Part shown: one piece after another, positions 35,208 to 47,367 of the stretch
How positions within the stretch are numbered: position 1 is the stretch's first letter
Layout: every line of letters begins with the position of its first letter
NCBI GenBank assembly: GCA_963726955.1
Contig: CAVSEC010000020.1
Location: 6,377 to 70,376, forward strand
DNA length: 64,000 bases
From: an uncultured Gemmatimonadales bacterium
GTDB lineage: Bacteria; Gemmatimonadota; Gemmatimonadetes; Gemmatimonadales; GWC2-71-9
Direction of reading: 5' to 3'
Translations under genes and position numbers: made by a program
Notes under the pieces: generated by a model
Database searches by the model: none
What the model saw: the letters and a program-made list of their open reading frames with translations, nothing else
Told to the model about the DNA's origin: nothing

Positions 35208-35867
35208 TCACGATGCGATCCCGAAGGCCCGCACCGGAAAAGTGCCGAAGCGCCTCACCTTGACGGGCACCGCGAAGAACCGGCTGCCGCTGTCAGGCAG
35301 TGCGGAGAGGCCGCGCAGGTGTTCGACGATGGGAATCTCGTGGCCGAGCAGGATCGAATGCACCGGCCGTTCCCCGGTGTCGATGCTGTCGATGTTGAAG
35401 GAATCGATCCCCACCAGCACCGCCCCCGCTGCGACGAGCCATTCCGCCAGTTCACCGGTGAGGTGGGGGTGTCCTTCGAAGTACCGATCGGTGCGCCAGT
35501 GCCGATCCCATCCGGTATGAATGAGCACCGCCCGCCCCCGTACCTGATCCGCCCGGAAGGGCAGCCGGTCGATGGCGCGCTCCCGGCCGCCGGCACATCG
35601 TGCCACCAGGCACTCGAGGTTGGCCAGCGACTCCAACGGCAACTCCGCCAGGTCCTTCCCGTCGGCGTAGCGGTGAAAGGGGCTGTCCACATAGGTACCG
35701 GTATTCGCTACCATCTCGATCTTGCCAATCTGGAACTCCGTGCCGGGTGCGTACCGCTGCCGGGATTCCTCGCGACTGAGAAAGTCGCAGATCAGCGGAG
35801 CGGGAAGGCCCTTGTAGGTGACCATCCCCTGTTCCACCTCGTGGCTCACATCGATCAGCGCCGGCAT
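35208..35867 (-). CDS. Cyclase-family (kynurenine formamidase-like) protein
   Basis: LIDVSH, NTGTYVDSPFH, VLIHTGW, VGIDS, RPVHSILL, IVEHL; SD GGAGG before ATG 35867. Confidence 0.9.
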   Translation of the reverse strand: MPALIDVSHEVEQGMVTYKGLPAPLICDFLSREESRQRYAPGTEFQIGKIEMVANTGTYVDSPFHRYADGKDLAELPLESLANLECLVARCAGGRERAIDRLPFRADQVRGRAVLIHTGWDRHWRTDRYFEGHPHLTGELAEWLVAAGAVLVGIDSFNIDSIDTGERPVHSILLGHEIPIVEHLRGLSALPDSGSRFFAVPVKVRRFGTFPVRAFGIAS

Positions 35868-35945
35868 CGCCACCTCCTGCGGTCTCAGGCCGCGACTACT
35901 GCTTCGTCAGCGTAAAGGAGCCCCACGGGGCGTCCGACTCCCGGG

Positions 35946-37091
35946 TCATGGCTTCGTCACGGCATCGAGGAACGCCATCGCGAAGGGCGAGGTCTCGATG
36001 GTCGCGCCGTCGAGCGGTGTCGGAAACTGCAGCCCATCGCTGTTTGCCAGCAGAATCAGCGACGCGCCACGCTCGGGTACCTTGAGATAGAGCGCAGAGT
36101 ACGCCCCCTCCCAGAGACCGGAGTGCCAGACGAGCCTCTCACCACGCACTGTCCGCACGAACCACCCCAGGCCGTACGGAAACGCCACGCCATCCGCTCC
36201 CTGGCTCGGTGTCCACATCGCCGTTCGTGAGGCGGCGCTGATCAGCCGGCCCGCGTCGAGGGCGATATCGAATCGTGCCAGGTCGAGGACCGTCGAGATG
36301 ACGCCTCCAGCGGCCCCGTCGCCCTGCGGCGGTGGCGGCGGCGAGACCGCGACGCGCCCGAGAGAGTCGAGGTGATAGGGGACGGCGAGGGTGGCTGACA
36401 GCTCCGGCGCGAGTGGCAGCAGCCGGTGGATCCGGGCCGAGTGATCCATGCCGGCGGGCACAAAGACGTACCGCGAGACCAGCGCGGAGAATGGGGTGTC
36501 CGCCACCTCGGCCATCGGCCTCGAGGCCCAGGAATAGGCCGGGGGATTGTAGAAGAAATGGTGCCCCGGCACGCCATTGCCCGTCATGGACATCACGCGG
36601 CGCAGCGTCAGCCCGGGCGCCATGCAGTTGAAATCCCGAAAGAAGATTCCCCCCTCGGTGTGCGCGGCCTCGCAGAAGTCGGCGAACCCGGTGAAGCTCG
36701 TCATCCGGCGATCGAGATCGAGCCGGCCCAGCTCCACCAGGCGCATCGCCACCACCGCGGAGAGCGGCTTGCTCACCGAGGCGATGTTGTACGGCGTCGT
36801 CTCGTTCGCGGCCCGGCCCTCCGCGACGCTGGCCAGCCCGAACCCGCCCGCGAGCACGACTTGACCGTCCTGGACGATGGCGAGACTCAGCCCCGGAATA
36901 CGGGCTGCCTGTCGCAGCGTATCGAGGCGCGCCGCCAGGCTTGCGAGCTCCGCGACCGACCAGGCGCGATGCGTCACGGTCGGCCGTGACATGGCGACCG
37001 GTGGCGCTGGCGCGCACCCCACCGCGGTGATCACCAGCAGCGCCGCACCGGAGCGGATGGCCGAAGTCGTGACAGGGGGGACTCGATGCAT
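35946..37091 (-). CDS. Serine hydrolase, beta-lactamase class C/AmpC-like family
   Basis: IPGLSLAIV, SxxK motif (ASVSK), AAGGVIST, YGLGW, WHSG. Start uncertain. Confidence 0.88.
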   Translation of the reverse strand: MHRVPPVTTSAIRSGAALLVITAVGCAPAPPVAMSRPTVTHRAWSVAELASLAARLDTLRQAARIPGLSLAIVQDGQVVLAGGFGLASVAEGRAANETTPYNIASVSKPLSAVVAMRLVELGRLDLDRRMTSFTGFADFCEAAHTEGGIFFRDFNCMAPGLTLRRVMSMTGNGVPGHHFFYNPPAYSWASRPMAEVADTPFSALVSRYVFVPAGMDHSARIHRLLPLAPELSATLAVPYHLDSLGRVAVSPPPPPQGDGAAGGVISTVLDLARFDIALDAGRLISAASRTAMWTPSQGADGVAFPYGLGWFVRTVRGERLVWHSGLWEGAYSALYLKVPERGASLILLANSDGLQFPTPLDGATIETSPFAMAFLDAVTKP

Positions 37092-37448
37092 GGCAGCGGC
37101 TGAGGCACAGGTTCAGGGCGGGTGGGCTGCGTGAGCGGGAACGGTTGGAGTATACCCATGGGCCCGGGCCCGTTCAGCAGCCCCGGGGCGCAAAGTCGCC
37201 TCCCTCCATCGATGTAGGACTTGCGTGCGTGCCCCGGTCGGCGAATCATTCGAGCGGATCAGCGAGTGACTCCGCAGCAGTCGCGTGGAGTTGCCTCCGG
37301 CCGAGGCGGAATGGCCTCGAGAGGGCGGGCGCAACGGCGTGAGCCGAGTGCGCCCTTTTGTGTTTCCCGGGGCACCGCGCCGGTCGTCAGGTGCCGCCGG
37401 CGCGTGCGCCGCGTGGTTCGGTCGGCCCACGTCAGAGAGGACGTCGAC

Positions 37449-40400
37449 ATCACCGTATCCCTGCTGCAGCGCCTGTGGTACTCGCGCCGGCCCCGCCCGA
37501 TCGATCCCCCGCTCCGCGCCGAGCTGCTCAGCAACGAGCGGCTGGAGGAGCGGGCCAAGGTCCTGGCCGCAAGCTTCACGCTGGCCCGCGATACCCCGGG
37601 GCCGGACCGCGCCTTCTTCCGCCGCCTCGACGAGAACACCCGCATCCTCCGCAGGGCCTACCGGCTGCTCGCCGACGACGTGCACCGCGGCGAGTTCGTG
37701 CCCCCCGCCGCGGAATGGCTGCTCGACAACTTTCACCAGCTCGAGTCCGAGAGTCACGCCATCCGGCACGATCTGCCCCCCGCCTTTCACCAGGCGCTGC
37801 CGGCACTCGCCTCGCGCCAACTGGCCGGAGCCGCACGGACCTATGCGATGGCCATGGAGCTGGTAGGTCACACCGATGGGCGCCTCGATGGCCCGTTGCT
37901 GACCCGGTTCATGGCCGCCTACCAGTCCGTTGCCCCGCTGACCATCGGTGAGCTATGGGCCTGGCCGATCATGCTGAAGGTGGCGCTGCTCGAAAACCTC
38001 CGGCGCCTGACCGAGGAGACCCTTGCCGGGCGCGACGCGCGGTCGGAGGCCAACCGCTTCCTGGACCGGTTGAGTGCGACGAATGTGGGGAGGCCCGCGA
38101 GACTGCCGGTGGTACTGGAAACCGCCTGGGTGGTGCAGGTGCTGCAGCGCCTCCGGGAATTCGGACCAGCCGCCGCGCCGGTGCGTGCGGCGGTCGAAGC
38201 ACGGTTGACCGCGCAGGGCCGCACAGTCGAGGACGTGATCCGCGCTGAACATCAGGTGCTCGCGGCCGGACAGGTGTCGGTGGCGAATGCGGTCACCAGT
38301 CTGCGATTCTGCGCGAGCCTCGACTGGTCGCAGTATGTCGAGAGCGTGAGCCTGGTGGAGCAGGTGCTCCGCCGCGACCCGGCCGCCGTGTATGGACGCA
38401 TGGATTTCCTGAGCCGGGATCGCTACCGGCAGGCCGTGGAGGAGTTGTCGGACCCGAGCGGCGAGGCGCAGATCCGGGTCGCGCTCCGGGCGGTCGAGAG
38501 CGCCCGGGAAGCCGCGGAGCGAACCTCCGGCCAGGATCGCAGCGCCCACGTGGGGTATCACCTCATCGGCCGCGGGCGTCGGGCGCTGGAAACCGATGTC
38601 GCCTACCGTCCCGGGATCCTGGCGCGAGTGCGCCGCTTCATGTTCCGGCACGCCACCGGCGTCTACCTCGGTGCGATCGGGCTGGGCACGGGCCTGGGGG
38701 TCGGCGCCGGTCTCGCCTACGCGGCGTCCCAGTCCTCGATGACGCTCGGCGCGATCGCGATCGTCCTGCTGCTGCTCCTGCCGGCAACCGAGCTCGCGAC
38801 GGCCTTCGTGCAGCGGATGGCCGCGGCGCTCATACCTCCGCGGCGACTCCCGCGCCTCGATGCTCGGGATGGGGTGCCACCCGAATCTCGCACCATGGTG
38901 GTCGTCCCGACGCTGCTGACGTCGGTCGAGGGGACGATGGGTCTGCTCGAGCATCTCGAGGTCCTGGCGCTCGGCAATACCGACCCGAACATCCACTTCG
39001 CCCTCCTGACCGACTTCGGGGATGCGCTGGAGCAGGAGCGGCCGGAGGACGCGGCGCTCCTTGAGCTGGCGCGCACCGGGATCGTCGCGCTCAATGCGAC
39101 CGTCGGACGCGGGCGCCCGGACACCTTTCACCTGTTTCACCGGCGGCGTCAGTGGAACGCCGCCGAAGGCTGCTGGATGGGGTGGGAGCGGAAGCGCGGC
39201 AAGCTCGAGGAGTTCAACCGGCTGCTGCGCGGAGCCGGGGACACCACCTTCGTGGTCCACGAGGGCGACCCGAACGTGCTCGATGGGCGGGTACGGTACT
39301 GCCTCACACTCGACAGCGACACCCGGCTGCCGAGAGATGCGGCGCGCGAGCTGATCGCCATCCTGGCGCATCCCCTCAACCGCCCCTCGTTCGACCCCCA
39401 ACTGCGCCGAGTGACGGAGGGCTACGGCATCCTGCAGCCGCGGGTCAGCGTCACCATGGCGAGTGCGGCGGGGTCGCTGTTCGCACGGGTGTACGCCGGC
39501 CACACCGGGGTCGATCCCTACAGTTCGGCGGTCTCCGACACCTACCAGGACCTGTTCAGCGAAGGGATCTACACCGGCAAGGGCCTCTACGATGTCGACG
39601 CCTTCATGTCGGCACTGGACGCGCGGGTGCCTGACAACGCGCTCCTGTCCCACGACCTCTTCGAAGGGCTGCACGCCCGGCCGGCCCTGGTCACCGACGT
39701 CGAGGTCGTGGACGACTATCCGGCCAGCGTGCTCACCCACGCCCGCCGCCAGCACCGCTGGGCACGCGGTGACTGGCAGATTCTCTTCTGGCTCTTTCCG
39801 CTGGTCCCCGCCCGCCAGGGCCTCGAGCGGAACACCCTCCCGCTGATCGCGCGCTGGAAGATTCTCGACAACCTGCGCCGCACCCTGGTGGCGCCCGCCA
39901 CTGTCGTGGCGCTGGTGGCCGCGTGGCTCGTCCTCCCAGGCAGTCCGGTCGTGTGGACGCTCGGCATCCTCGCCACCCTCGCCTTTCCGCTTTCTCCGAT
40001 CCTCCTTGAACTGTTCGACGGCCCGGAGCCGCAACAGCCCTTCCGCGTCTTCCTCCGTCTCCTGGACCAGGATCTCCGGGCCGCCGGCGCCCAGGTCCTG
40101 CTGCGCATCACCTTTCTGGCGTACCACGCCTACGAGATGCTGCACGCCATCGCGCTCACCCTGGTGCGCCTCATCGTCACCCAGCGACGCCTGCTGGAGT
40201 GGGAAACCGCCGCAGCGACGGCCGCGCGTGCCACCGGGCTGACCGGGCGCGGCAGCGCGCTGCTCTTCATCGGCGCGATGTCGGCCAGCCCGGTGCTCGC
40301 GATTGTCGTCGCGACCTCGCTCGCGGCAGGCCGCCCCGGCGCGCTTCCGGCCGCGCTGCCGATGCTGCTCCTCTGGGTCATCGCCCCGGGTGTGGCGTGG

Positions 40401-43400
40401 GCGCTGAGCCAGCCGGTCGTCGCCCGGCGACACCAGCTCAGTGAGGACGAACGGACGCGGCTCCGCACCATCGCCCGGAAGACCTGGCGCTACTTCGAGA
40501 CCTTCATGGGGCCGGACGACCACGGCCTCCCGCCCGACAATTATCAGGAGCTGCCGGCCCCGATGGTGGCCCACCGCACCTCGCCCACCAACATCGCCAT
40601 GGGGATGCTCTCCACCCTGGCGGCCCACGACCTCGGCTACCTCCGCACCGGCGCGCTGGTCGACAAACTCGAGACCCTGCTCGGGACCACCGAGGGCCTC
40701 GAGCACCACGAAGGGCACCTGCTCAACTGGTACGATACGCTGACCCTGGCACCGCTCCTGCCCAGATATGTCTCGACCGTGGACAGCGGCAATCTGGGTG
40801 GCGCGCTCCTGACCCTGGCGGCGGGGCTGACGGAACTGACCGTGGAGCCGCAGTCCGCGGCCCAGCGCTGCGCCGGACTCGCGGATACCGTCCGGGTCGC
40901 CCGGCAATCGCTCGCGGCGGTCGCGCCGACACCGGGCCCCCAGACTGCGGCGATCTCCCGGCTCGGGGCGCTGATGACTGGCGTCGCGCGTGTGCTGGAG
41001 CACGAGGCCGGCGCGGAAGAGGTGCTCATCGAGGCCATGGCCTCCGGCCCGGCGCTGGACGCGGCGCTGGCACAGTGTGAGGCGGCTCGCGGGGATGCTC
41101 CGGAGTGGCGGGAGGCCCTCGCGTGGGCGCAGACGGTGGCCGAGGGACTTGCCCCCGGCACCGCCCCGGGGACCCACGCCGGCAGGCTCACCGATCTGGC
41201 ACGGCGCGCCGTCACGCTGGCGGACGGCATGAACTTCGGATTCCTCTACGACCGGCAGCGCCAGATCTTCGCGATCGGCTACCGCCTGGCCGATGCCGAC
41301 GGACCGGGGCGGCTGGACAACTCCTTCTATGATCTCCTGGCCTCCGAGGCCCGGCTGGCGAGCTTCACCGCCATCGCCAAGGGCGACGTTCCCCAGAGCC
41401 ACTGGTTCCATCTCGGACGACTGCTGACCAGCGTGCAGGGCGTGCCGACGCTGCTCTCATGGAGCGCCACGATGTTCGAGTACCTGATGCCGCTCCTTGT
41501 CCTCCGCAGCTACCCCGAAACCCTGCTGGACCTGTCCTGCCGCATGGCGGTGCGCCGGCAGATGGAGTACGGGCGCCAGCTGGGTGTCCCCTGGGGCATC
41601 TCCGAGTCGGGCTTCAACGTCGTCGACCGGCACGGCAACTATCAGTACAAGGCCTTCGGCGTCCCCGGCCTGGGGCTCAAGCGCGGCCTCGGCGACGAGC
41701 TGGTGGTGGCCCCGTACGCCACCGCGCTGGCTGCGATGGTCGACCCGGCCCAGGCGGTGATCAACTTCCGCCGCCTGACAACGCGACGGCGCCGAGGGAC
41801 CGTACGGCTTCTACGAGGCGATCGACTACAGCCACCGCAAGCCGGAAGAGGAGCCCCCTGTGCCGGGCGCCATTGGACGCGGGACGGTCGTCCGCGCCTT
41901 TCTGGCGCACCATCAGGGCATGAGCCTGGTCGCGATCGCGAATGCCCTGCTCGGCGACCCGATGGTGCGGCGCTTCCATGCCGATCCCCGGGTCGAAGCG
42001 ACGGTGCTGCTGCTGCAGGAGCGGGCCCCGCGTCATGTCCCGATCACCGAGCCGCGGCCGGCGGAGAGCACGCGGATCGCCGCGGCACTGCCCGCCACGA
42101 CCCTGCGACGCTTCCGCACGCCGCACACCCTCCACCCGCACGCCCAGTTCCTGACCAATGGGGCCTACTGCGCCATCGTCACCAATGCCGGCGGAGGTGC
42201 CAGTCTCTGTCGCGGACGAGCGGTGACGCGCTACCGCGAGGACGCGACGCGGGACACCGGCAGTCAGTTCATCTACCTGCGCGACGTGCGGACCGGTCTG
42301 GTCTGGTCCGCCACGCATCACCCGATGGCGGTGGAGCCGGACGACTATCTCGTCACGCTGCAGGCGGAGAAGGTCGTCTTCCGTCGACGCGACGACGAGA
42401 TCACCACCCAGCTCGAGATCGCGGTCTCCACCGAGGACGACGTCGAGGTGCGCCGCCTGTCCGTGACGAATACCAGCGACCGGGCCCGGGAGCTCGAGAT
42501 CACCAGCTATGCGGAGATCGCGCTGGCGATGCCGGCGGAGGATCTGGCGCATCCCGCCTTCGGCAAGCTGTTCATCGAGACGGAGTACCTGCCGGAGAGC
42601 ACCGCACTCGCCTGCCATCGGCGGCCCCGGTCACACGATGATGCCGGCCAGTGGGCCGTGCATGTGCTCAGTGTCGATGGCCGGATGCGCGGCGCCGTGG
42701 AATGGGAGACCGACCGGCTCCGCTTCCTGGGCCGCGGACGGGGACCGGAGAACCCCGTAGCGCTCGACGGCCGGGCCCTCTCCGGTTCGACCGGGGCGGT
42801 CCTCGATCCGATCGTGAGTCTCCGCCAGCGGATCCGGCTCGCCCCCGGCGGCTTCGTCCGGCTCTCCTTCGCCACCGGTGTCGCCACCGACCGTGACACC
42901 GCCCTCGCGCTGGCGCAGAAGTACCACGATCCGAGCGCCGCCGCGCGCACCTTTGCCCTGGCCTTTGCCCAGGCGCAAAGCATGCTCAGGCACGTCGGCG
43001 TTTCGATCGAGCAGGCGCAGCTCTTCGAACGCCTCGCCTCCCGCGTGCTCTACCTCGACGCCTCGCTCCGCGCGGACCGGGAGGTCCTCGCCCGGAACGT
43101 CCTGGGGCAGTCGGGCCTCTGGGCGCACGGCATCTCCGGCGACCTCCCGATCCTGCTGGTCCGGGTGACCAGCGAGGAGGACCTCCCCATGGTCCGCCAG
43201 ATTCTGCAGGCGCAGGAGTATTGGCGGATCAAGGGGCTCACGGCGGACGTGGTGATCATCAACGACCACCCGCTCAACTACCTCGACGAAATCCATGTGC
43301 AGCTCGCTGCCCTCCTCGACACCGGCCCCTGGGCGGCATGGAAGCATCAGCCCGGAGGGGTGTTCCTGCTGCGTCGCGATCGGATGAACGAGATGGAGCG

Positions 43401-46029
43401 GGTCCTGCTGGCCAGCGTCGCCCGGGTCGTGCTCAGCGGGGATCGCGGCGACCTGGCCGCGCAGCTCGACCACCCCTACGAAGAGCCGCTCGCTCCGCGG
43501 GAGCTCCCCCTCCCCCCTGCCGGCGAGGCACCGACTCTGGTGGAACGGATCGACATCGAGGTCCCGCCCCTCAGCTTCGCCAACGGGGTCGGCGGGTTCA
43601 GCACTGACGGGAGCGAATATGTGGTGGTGCTCGAAGGCGATCAGGAGACCCCGCTTCCCTGGGTAAACGTGATGGCCAATCCCACCTTCGGGACCGTCGT
43701 CTCCGCCTCGGGCTCGGCCTACACCTGGAGCGAGAACAGCCGGGAAAACCGCCTGACACCTTTCACCAACGACCCGGTGATCGATGCGTCGGGAGAGGCG
43801 CTGCTGCTGCGGGACGAGGAGACTGGGGAGGTGTGGTCGCCGTCGCCGGGAACGCTGCCCCGGCGCCCGGATGGCGGACGGTACCTGATCCGGCACCGGG
43901 CCGGGGCGACGACCTTCCAGCATGTGAGCCATGGCCTCGCGCAGGAGGTGACCGTCGGGGTCGATAGCCTCGATCCGGTGAAGGTGTCCCTGGTGACCCT
44001 GACCAACATCAGCAGTCGGCCGCGGCAGATCACCCTCTACTCCTACGTCGAGTGGCGTCTCGGCCCGCCCCGCCCAAGCGATCATCTCCATGTGCAGACC
44101 GAATTCGATCCGGCCGCCGCGGCCGTGTTCGCCGTCAATCCGTACAACCAGGAATTCGCCGGGCGTGTCGGCTTTGTCAGCGCGAGCGAGCCGCTCCGTT
44201 CCGCGACCGGCAGCCGCCTGGCATTCCTGGGACGCAATCGCTCACTGTCCACTGCGACGGCCCTGAGCCGGCACCTCCTCCCCGGCGAGTTCGGGGCGGG
44301 CCTCGATCCCTGCGGGGCGCTGCAGCTCACCGTCACACTGGCTCCCGGCGAGCGCCGCCGCGTCGCATTTGCCCTCGGACAGGGCACCGATGCGGCGCAC
44401 GCCCGGTCACTCATCGCCCGGCACGGCACCGTGGCGGGAGCCGAGGCGCTGCTGGAGCGGTCCGGGCAGAGTTGGGAGGCGCTGCTGAGCACGGTGCGGG
44501 TCGCCACGCCGGACGATTCTTTCGATGTGCTGGTGAATCACTGGCTCCTCTATCAGAACGTCAGCTGCCGGCTCTGGGCCCGCTCGGCGCTCTACCAGCC
44601 CGGCGGCGCTTTTGGCTACCGCGACCAGCTGCAGGACGTCATGGCGCTGAGTCTTTCGCGCCCGGACCTCGCACGGGAGCACATCCTGCGGGCGGCAGGC
44701 CGGCAGTTCGTCGAGGGGGACGTGCTGCACTGGTGGCATGAGCCCTCTGGGCGCGGCACCCGGACTCGCTGCTCCGACGACCTGCTCTGGCTGCCCTACG
44801 TCGTGGCCCATTACGTCTCCACGACCGGCGACCGCAGTCTTCTCGATGCCCAGGTGCCATACCTCGACGGCCCCCTCCTCGAGCCCCACCAGATGGAGGT
44901 CTATCTCGCCCCCCGCGTGTCAGGGGAATCGGGGTCCATCCTCCAGCACTGTCTCCGCGCGATCGATCGCGGGCTGACCTCGGGTCCCCACGGGTTGCCA
45001 CTGATCGGCAATGGCGACTGGAACGACGGCATGAATCGGGTGGGCCACGCCGGTCGCGGCGAGAGCGTCTGGCTGGGCTGGTTCCTCCGCACCGTTCTGG
45101 ACCGCTTCGTCCCGCTGTGCGATGCGCCGGGGGACCGGCCCCGCGCCGTCCGGTATGCGGCCGAGGCGGCGCGCCTGGGGGCGATGCTGGAGCTGAGCTG
45201 GGATGGCGAGTGGTACCGCCGGGCCTACTACGACGACGGCACACCGCTGGGCTCCGGGCAGGGTGACGAGTGCCAGATCGATTCGATCGCCCAGTCCTGG
45301 GCCGTGCTCTCGGGGGCCGCTCCGGCGACGCGCGCCGAGCGGGCGATGGACACCGTGCGCACCCACCTGGTGCGGCGGGCCTCGGGCACCGTGCTGCTGC
45401 TTACTCCGCCCTTCGATCGTGGAACACGGGATCCCGGGTACATCAGGGGCTATCCGCCGGGCGTGCGCGAGAATGGCGGACAGTACACCCATGCGGCGAT
45501 CTGGATGGTCATGGCCGTCGCGCGGCTGGGCAATGGCGACGAGGCGATGGAACTCTTTCACATGCTGAATCCGATCAACCACACGCGCACGCCGGCCGAC
45601 GTCGAACGCTACAAGACCGAACCGTACGTGACCGCGGGCGACGTCTACGCGCATCACCAGCACGCGGGCCGCGGCGGATGGACCTGGTACTCCGGCTCCG
45701 CCGGCTGGATGTATCAGGCAGCGATAGAGAGCATTCTCGGGCTTCGCCGTCACGGCGACCGGTTCACCGTGAATCCCTGCATCCCCTCGATGTGGCCAGG
45801 CTTCACGATCGACTGGCGCTTCGGTACGGCCGCGTATCACATCCAGGTATCCAACCCGGAATTCTGCTCACGCGGCGTCGCATCGGCCGCGCTCGACGGC
45901 GTCTCCTGTGACGCCGACGCCATCCCGCTCGTGGACGATGGCCGGCCGCACCAGGTGCGCATCCTGATGGGGCGGAATGCCGGGAGGCCGGGCTCGGCGG
46001 CCGGTCACCGGATCACGGCACGGCGCTGA
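37449..46029 (+). CDS. ndvB: Cyclic beta-1,2-glucan synthase (Cgs/NdvB/ChvB family), about 2860 aa, with one extra base at 41780-41781
   Basis: [91 protein letters not shown]. ORFs 37221..42641 and 41860..46029 join when one A is removed. Start uncertain. Confidence 0.93.
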
Positions 46030-46270
46030 GGCGCTCGCTGGCTCCGCCTTTCAATCGGCGGCGCAACCCACTCGTACGATGTATTGCCTCCCCCCCCGTC
46101 GCGGCCCTACCTATGTCTGGCGGGGATCGCACGACGACAGCGACCGGCTGGCGTCGAGAGTCTCGCGATACGACAACTGCGGTGGGCGCGCACCACGCCC
46201 GCGGAGAATGGGCACGATGATTTTTGCATACGGGGACCGGGTGGAACCTGCGATCTTGCCGGAGGGTGAG

Positions 46271-46495
46271 ATGAAGGCAGAGGGGCCGGTCGAGCACCTC
46301 CGAAACGCCCTGCAGATCGTGAACGGACTGTCGTAAATGATTGAGATGCTCTACGCGCGTGCCGGGGACTGCGACGCCGATATGCCACAACAGATGCGGG
46401 ATGGCGCGCATGCACTGGAGCAGCGCCTTGCCATGGCGCTGGACCAGCTGATCATGCCATCCTGCCTCGCTGACCGCGGTCGGCCCGCGGCATGA
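46271..46495 (+). pseudogene. Small helical ORF (HisKA-like) interrupted by an in-frame TAA
   Basis: SD GGAGG, then MKAEGPVEHLRNALQIVNGLS*MIEMLYAR...ALEQRLAMALDQL...; the frame continues after the TAA at 46334-46336. Confidence 0.4.
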
Positions 46496-46694
46496 TCTCA
46501 CTCCTTTTTCGCTCGTTCGGTGGATTGTCAGGTGGAGGGTTTGCGATAGACTTTGAAGTCCACGCTTGACCGATCCGCACCGTATCTCCTTGGGGCAAAT
46601 GCAGCTATTTGCCCCTTCCCTCCGCCGGGGAAGCGATGCCGCCGCGTTCGGGGCGCCGGCCGCCGGGACTCCAAGCGATCGAGAAGGCCACCGC

Positions 46695-47054
46695 ATGAAG
46701 CGATGGAACGCCGCCATCCGACAGACTGGACCGAACAACAGATCGCGACAAACCGCAGACTCCGAGTGTGCCTTACACTGGCAGCCGCTGCCCCTCATCC
46801 CGACAGCGCTCGACCCGGTGCGCCTGACGGGATTCACCCTCCCCGAGTTGTCCCTGGCCTTTGAGCGGGTCCGGAATCCCTTCGACTGGCAGGGACCCAT
46901 CTTCGCGGAGATCCCGGCGAGCGAACGGCGGGTGGTGGACCGGGCCCTCTACTGGTTCACGGCCACCCTCCCGGTCTTTGCGGCCGTGCCCGGCGATCCG
47001 ACCCGCCTCATCGTCACCGCGGTCGGCTTTCGACTCGGGCCGGCTGGTCGGTAG
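46695..47054 (+). CDS. Hypothetical protein
   Basis: Globular-looking C-terminal domain FTLPELSLAFERVRNPFDWQGPI...YWFTAT...VGFRLGPAG; purine-rich sequence precedes ATG 46695. Confidence 0.6.
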   Translation: MKRWNAAIRQTGPNNRSRQTADSECALHWQPLPLIPTALDPVRLTGFTLPELSLAFERVRNPFDWQGPIFAEIPASERRVVDRALYWFTATLPVFAAVPGDPTRLIVTAVGFRLGPAGR

Positions 47055-47112
47055 CGGCCTCGCCGGCGGCGGCGGCCGAAGCCCCGCATTACCCTGTCTC
47101 CTGGAGGATGTG

Positions 47113-47367
47113 ATGGATCTGGTAACCTGGCTTGTTGTTGGTCTCGTCGCCGGCCTGCTCGCGAGCTTCGCCGTTGGCGGCGTCGGCCACGGCCTTGTCG
47201 GTGACATCGTGGTCGGCATGGTGGGCGCCGTTGTCGGCGGCTGGCTCTTCGCCCGGCTCTCCCTCTCGGCGCCGTTCAGCGGCCTGCCAGGCACGATCTT
47301 CGTCGCGTTCATTGGCGCCGTCGTGCTGCTGCTGATGCTGCGCGCCCTGCGGGGACGGCCCGCATGA
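47113..47367 (+). CDS. GlsB/YeaQ/YmgE-family (transglycosylase-associated) stress membrane protein
   Basis: MDLVTWLVVGLVAGLLAS...GLVGDIVVGMVGAVVGGWLF...AFIGAVVLL; SD GGAGG. Confidence 0.92.
   Translation: MDLVTWLVVGLVAGLLASFAVGGVGHGLVGDIVVGMVGAVVGGWLFARLSLSAPFSGLPGTIFVAFIGAVVLLLMLRALRGRPA

Noticed and set aside
37953-41411. 1152-aa antisense ORF, and other long shadow ORFs such as 8362..10065, 24193..25992 and 33521..35149
   Set aside because: They overlap well-supported genes, have no motifs, and are expected in high-GC DNA depleted of stop codons.
41860-46029. Separate GH94 phosphorylase gene or programmed frameshift
   Set aside because: Conserved Cgs sequence ([11 protein letters not shown]) continues upstream of this ORF start in the same frame, and there is no slippery heptamer; a single-base error is simpler.
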